Below are positions 59,562 through 64,000 of a stretch of 64,000 bases of DNA, piece after piece. This stretch comes from Octopus sinensis (Eukaryota): positions 39,804,001-39,868,000 of the forward strand of contig NC_043003.1 of NCBI RefSeq assembly GCF_006345805.1. Reading direction: 5' to 3'. The position numbers were made by a program, and so were the translations under genes. The notes under the pieces are model-generated. The model saw nothing but the letters and a program-made list of their open reading frames with translations, was not told the origin of the DNA and did not search any database. Within the stretch, counting starts at the first letter, position 1, and every line of letters starts with the position of its first letter.

Positions 59562-60732
59562 TAACAATAATAATGATAATGCTTTCACACTTTGGTACAA
59601 AGTCAGCAATTTATTGTGACTGAGGCAGGCAGGTGCAGCCCACCCCAACCTTTGGGTTGGCTGGCTGGTGCCCTTTCTCCTTTGCTATCATTAGGCTTTT
59701 TTGGAGTTGGATTTTCTACAAGGAGCATGCCCTTGCTTACCCCCAATCTCAGTTTCTAGATATGAGTGGTCTTGAGACCAAGGCCTCTACCACGATTTTT
59801 AACAAATGTAGTGGAAAACTAGCTCAGGAAGGCAGGGACGCTACTCCCTGGGACTCTTTTCGTAGCCCCGCTATATCCTGATTGCAGGGTATAATTCTTT
59901 TATTGTTCCATTTCATCAACACAAATTGTTTTGATGTGTCATGACACATTTTATGCCATGTAGATTGCTCTGGCTATAACTTTCCCAAGATGTCAAACTA
60001 ATTTTGGTGCGAGGTCAGCTATTTCAAGGGAGCAAGTAAGTTGATTACATTGACCCCAGTATTCAACCCAAAAGGACAAAATGCAAAGTTGACCCTGGTG
60101 GCATTTAACCATGGAACATAAAGATGGATGCAATGTTGCAAAGCATTTTGCCTGGCAGCATGCTAACGATTCTTATTTCTTTATTGCCCACAAGGGGTTA
60201 AACACAGAGGGGACAAACAAGGAAAGACAAAGGGATTAAGTCAATTACATCGACCCCAGTGCGTAACTGGTGCTAACGATTCTGCCAGCTTGCTGCCTTG
60301 ATAATAATAATAATAATCCTTTCTACTCGAGGCACAAGGCCCGAAATTTGGTGGGAGGGGGTTAGTCAATTATAACCCCCAGTACTTGATTGGTACATCC
60401 GACCCTGTAAGGATGAAAGGCAAAATCAACTTCGGTGGATAAGCGTTTTTGCTATAGTCTCAAGGCTCGAAATTCTGTGGAAGCAGAGCAAGTTGATTAC
60501 ACCAACTCCAGTACTCAACTGCTACTTATTTAATCGACCCTGAAAGGATGAAAGACAAAGTCAATGCCAAAGACATTTGAACTTAGAATGCAGAGATAGA
60601 TGAAATGCCATTAATCAACAACAATCATATTTCTGTAGTATTGTTGCTATTTTTTAGTCCCTGATTAGCTTTGACTGAGTAGACTTACAACCAAAGGCAT
60701 TTCAACCATAACAATCCTGTCTTTATATGTTA

Positions 60733-61125
60733 CTAGCAGTATCGCCCGCGTTGCTCAGGTTTGTAAGGGAAATAACTATATAAGCATTTTTAGAGATGTA
60801 AAGTATAATAGCCATCTCAATATGGCTAACCACAAAGGGGGGGTGTTACTGTAGCTTTTTACGTTCTGAGATTTAATAATAAATTTTTAGAGAGTTACTT
60901 CCCTTATATATGCTAAAAATGCATTAAAAATGGGAAAAATTGTTGGTAAATTTTTTTTTAAATCGTAGACTCATCGTAGATGCGCGCTAATACCCAGAAG
61001 GGCTCGATATGAATCACGACTATAAGATACCCGGTTTTGGTTAAACTGCACTGCAAAATGTGGGAGTAGTTAGGAATCTAAATCGTAGGAGACAGACAGC
61101 ACACAACCTCTCTTTTATATATAAA
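60733..61125 (-). mobile_element. non-autonomous Helitron
   Basis: Shares 3' CTAG end and 5' ~190 bp with 56150 copy; 5' TC decayed. Confidence 0.78.
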
Positions 61126-61943
61126 AATTTTCTTTTTTTGGCAACCGTAGTGCATCCAGGACCACATCATCTAATGTGTCTTTTCCCTTGTTTCTGTAAA
61201 ACAGAGGGATGTAAGTTGAGGGTGATTTGACTGCTATTTTTAGCAAGTTGAGTGATCACATAAATGCACACTTCTTTGATAAAAAAAAAGTTCAACATAT
61301 CACAGGTTAAAGTTGATATGTCAGGATTATCAACAAACTTAATGAAATAGGAGAGTGATGGAGAGGTTGTTGGTGTCGTTTACCCTTCCCCACACTGCCA
61401 TCAACCCCAATCATGCAGGCCTATAATGAAAAAAGTATTTCAACTATGAGAAGCATGACTTTTTCTTAGCGTAATGCACCTAGGACTATATTATTTGGTG
61501 TATCCTTCTTTTCTAAGAAGGTAGGATGTGATCTGAATACGTGGCTGCTATTTCTTCCAGGTTGAGAAGCCACATAAAGGCTCCCTTGCTGATATGGAAT
61601 ATTGATGATTGTAATGATGGTGATCATGCTGTTAATGATAACGATGATGATGATAATGAGCCTAGGCAAGTATTTAACTTCACTTGAAAAATATTCTTCA
61701 ACTTTATAACATTTATTTGTATCATATCAACAGCCAAGTTTTTGAAAATTCTAAAAAGAAACCACACTTTATTTTTGTTTGGACTATAATGAAAAAATGT
61801 CTTTCTCAGTCTGCCACTGTTTTATGTCAAAGATAAATATTCAATGAGGAAGAAAAAAAATAAAAAGTTGGTATTAAGAAATGAAAAACAACAATAGATA
61901 ATGATGATGACAATAGGCTAAACATTTGAGATAAACCTATGTG

Positions 61944-61998
<55 letters not shown>

Positions 61999-62976
61999 TA
62001 TATATACATGTCAAATATTCTTTAAGAAAGATTAAAATTCAAAAAACAACTTCAAAAGCTGATGTTTTAAACAGAAATCTTCATATTTCTAGAATGCTTT
62101 TAAACAAACTGAATAAAAAATGCTGAAAAAACAGTTAAACTTACAGGTGTAAGCATGCCTCTAGTCAATCCTTGTCTACTTTCCACAGACCCCCACCAAC
62201 AACAACAATGATGGAAAGAGGTCAGTTAGAGAAGGGGGCAGTCAAGCAGATTTTTCAGAAACATTCATTTAAATCATGCAAGGGTATACAATGTACCTTT
62301 TTTCTTATTTCCTCTCACTCACCTCTCTGCCTTCCAGTTGCCAACACAAAAGCCTTAATTCAGTGTAACAGGGTGTACAGGTGGTAATGGGGGTGTATAG
62401 TGATGTTGAAGGGAAAGATACAGGTAGGCAGGTATGTTAGTAAATAGGTAGGTATGTACACCAATTTTTAACCAGCAGGCCTTGCATGGACTAACCCCAC
62501 CATCAACACCACCGGCCATAGAAGATGAGGATTATAAAGTGGGTGGGTAGCAAGGCTGATATGTACATGTGTGTATACAAGATATTGTGTGTATACATAG
62601 TGTGTAAATGAAAAGAATGTATGTTGAGAATATAAATACAATTAGATATAAGTGTATGATGATGATGCATGTACGTGTATATGTGTATGTATATATGTGT
62701 AGGTGTATAAGTTTTAGGTGTTTATATCTGTATATAGATGTGTACTTGTATGTAGCCATGCATTATGATGACAAAGATGACAATGAAGATGATAATGTAT
62801 ATATGTAACCTGCATTTTAGTAAAATAACTTAGTTATCATTCAGCTAGTGTTAGGAACATTAATTGTGACTAAGGTTTGGTGGAAGATTTTAATTCAAAA
62901 CTTATGAAAATAAGACATTTGTACTCAGACTCAGAGCCGGTTTCAGCTGGGTTAGTAACGAAAGGGATAAATATAT

Positions 62977-63206
62977 ATTTCTTTATTGCCCACAAGCGGC
63001 TAAACATAGAGGGGACAAACAAGGACAGACTAAGGGAATAAGTCGATTACATCGACCCCAGTGCGTAACTGGTACTTTATTTATCGACCCCGAAAGGATG
63101 AAAGGCAAAGTCGACCTTGGCGGAATTTGAACTCAGAATGTAACGGCAGACGAAATACCACTAATTATTTCGCCTGGTGCACTAACGTTTCTGCCAGCTC
63201 GCCGCC
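62977..63206 (-). mobile_element. SINE family B, young full-length copy
   Basis: High similarity to 882-1117. Confidence 0.85.
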
Positions 63207-64000
63207 TGATGATATAAATATATATGGCCTACCTTTTGTAATGAATGTTTTTACCTTGAGTTTGTATATTCCAACACACACACACACACACAAAGAGTAT
63301 AAACCCAATTAGCGTTGTTAATTTATTCTGTGGAAATGCCATACTAATTGACCATCAGTGTACACATGAATGACAGCTCAAATGAGCTGAGAGAAAATCT
63401 GTATACAAGAGGAATCAGATGTAGTGTGCAACAAAGAAGGCTAAGCTGTTACGGAAATGTATCTGCACACAGAGAATAAGAGTTGAGTAAAGAAGTACCA
63501 AGTGATCTTAGCGGTATAGGAAACTGAAAAAGAAAGGATAAAGGAAGATATATAGGAAGAAGAGATGAAAGTTGATTTCAAGTGGTTGACCTTCACAACA
63601 GAAAGCATATGGCTCAATGGTTACTGTATTTTGCTCATAATGGTAAGGTCACAAGTTTGATTCCCAGCGGTGCTTTGAATCCTTGAGCAAGACACTATTT
63701 CATGCTGCTCCAGTCCACTCAGCTGGCAAAAAAGTTGTATCTGTAGTTCAATGAATCAGCCTTGTCACATTTGCATGACACACTGAATCTCCCTGAGAAC
63801 TACATTAAGGATATGCATGTCTGTGAAATGCTCAGCCACTTGCATGTTATTTTCATGAGCCGGCTGTTCTGTTGATTGGGTTAACTGGAACACTTGTCAT
63901 CATAAGTGATGGAGTGCCCAGACTGTCTCTTCTTTTAATGTTCTCTGACAAGTTGTTGTGCACCTGCCCAATATATACAATAAGCTTATTATTATCATTA

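Noticed and set aside
62139-62200. Possible 5' UTR exon donor (CCT|GTAAGT)
   Set aside because: Isolated motif with no supporting acceptor or promoter evidence

Overview
AT-rich, repeat-dense animal genomic DNA. The SINE, RTE, Dong and microsatellite content resembles octopod cephalopods; this is an inference, not a database result. The window is dominated by one minus-strand multi-exon gene, a DZIP1/DZIP1L (Iguana) cilium basal-body/transition-zone protein. I reconstructed 21 coding exons by hand (54227->10242, 2739 nt, 912 aa); every junction is GT-AG and phase-compatible. The protein has an N-terminal Dzip-like domain, one C2H2 finger, coiled coils and an acidic tract. The last exon is less certain and the non-coding first exon/promoter was not located. 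Introns carry three tRNA-derived SINE families, RTE 3' ends, a nearly intact 5'-truncated CR1-type RT, Dong/R4 fragments in (TAA)n, mariner, Tc2-like and hAT MITEs, three non-autonomous Helitrons, a decayed tRNA-Gly and long fold-backs. Most ORFs in the supplied track are repeat noise. The most interesting signal is a candidate alternative-splicing module near the DZIP1 C-terminus. It consists of phase-matched exons that look mutually exclusive, separated by a 58-nt intron, plus a near-perfect 222-bp duplication of a 3' splice-site region that appears to create new in-frame exons. All splicing claims are predictions and need RNA evidence.
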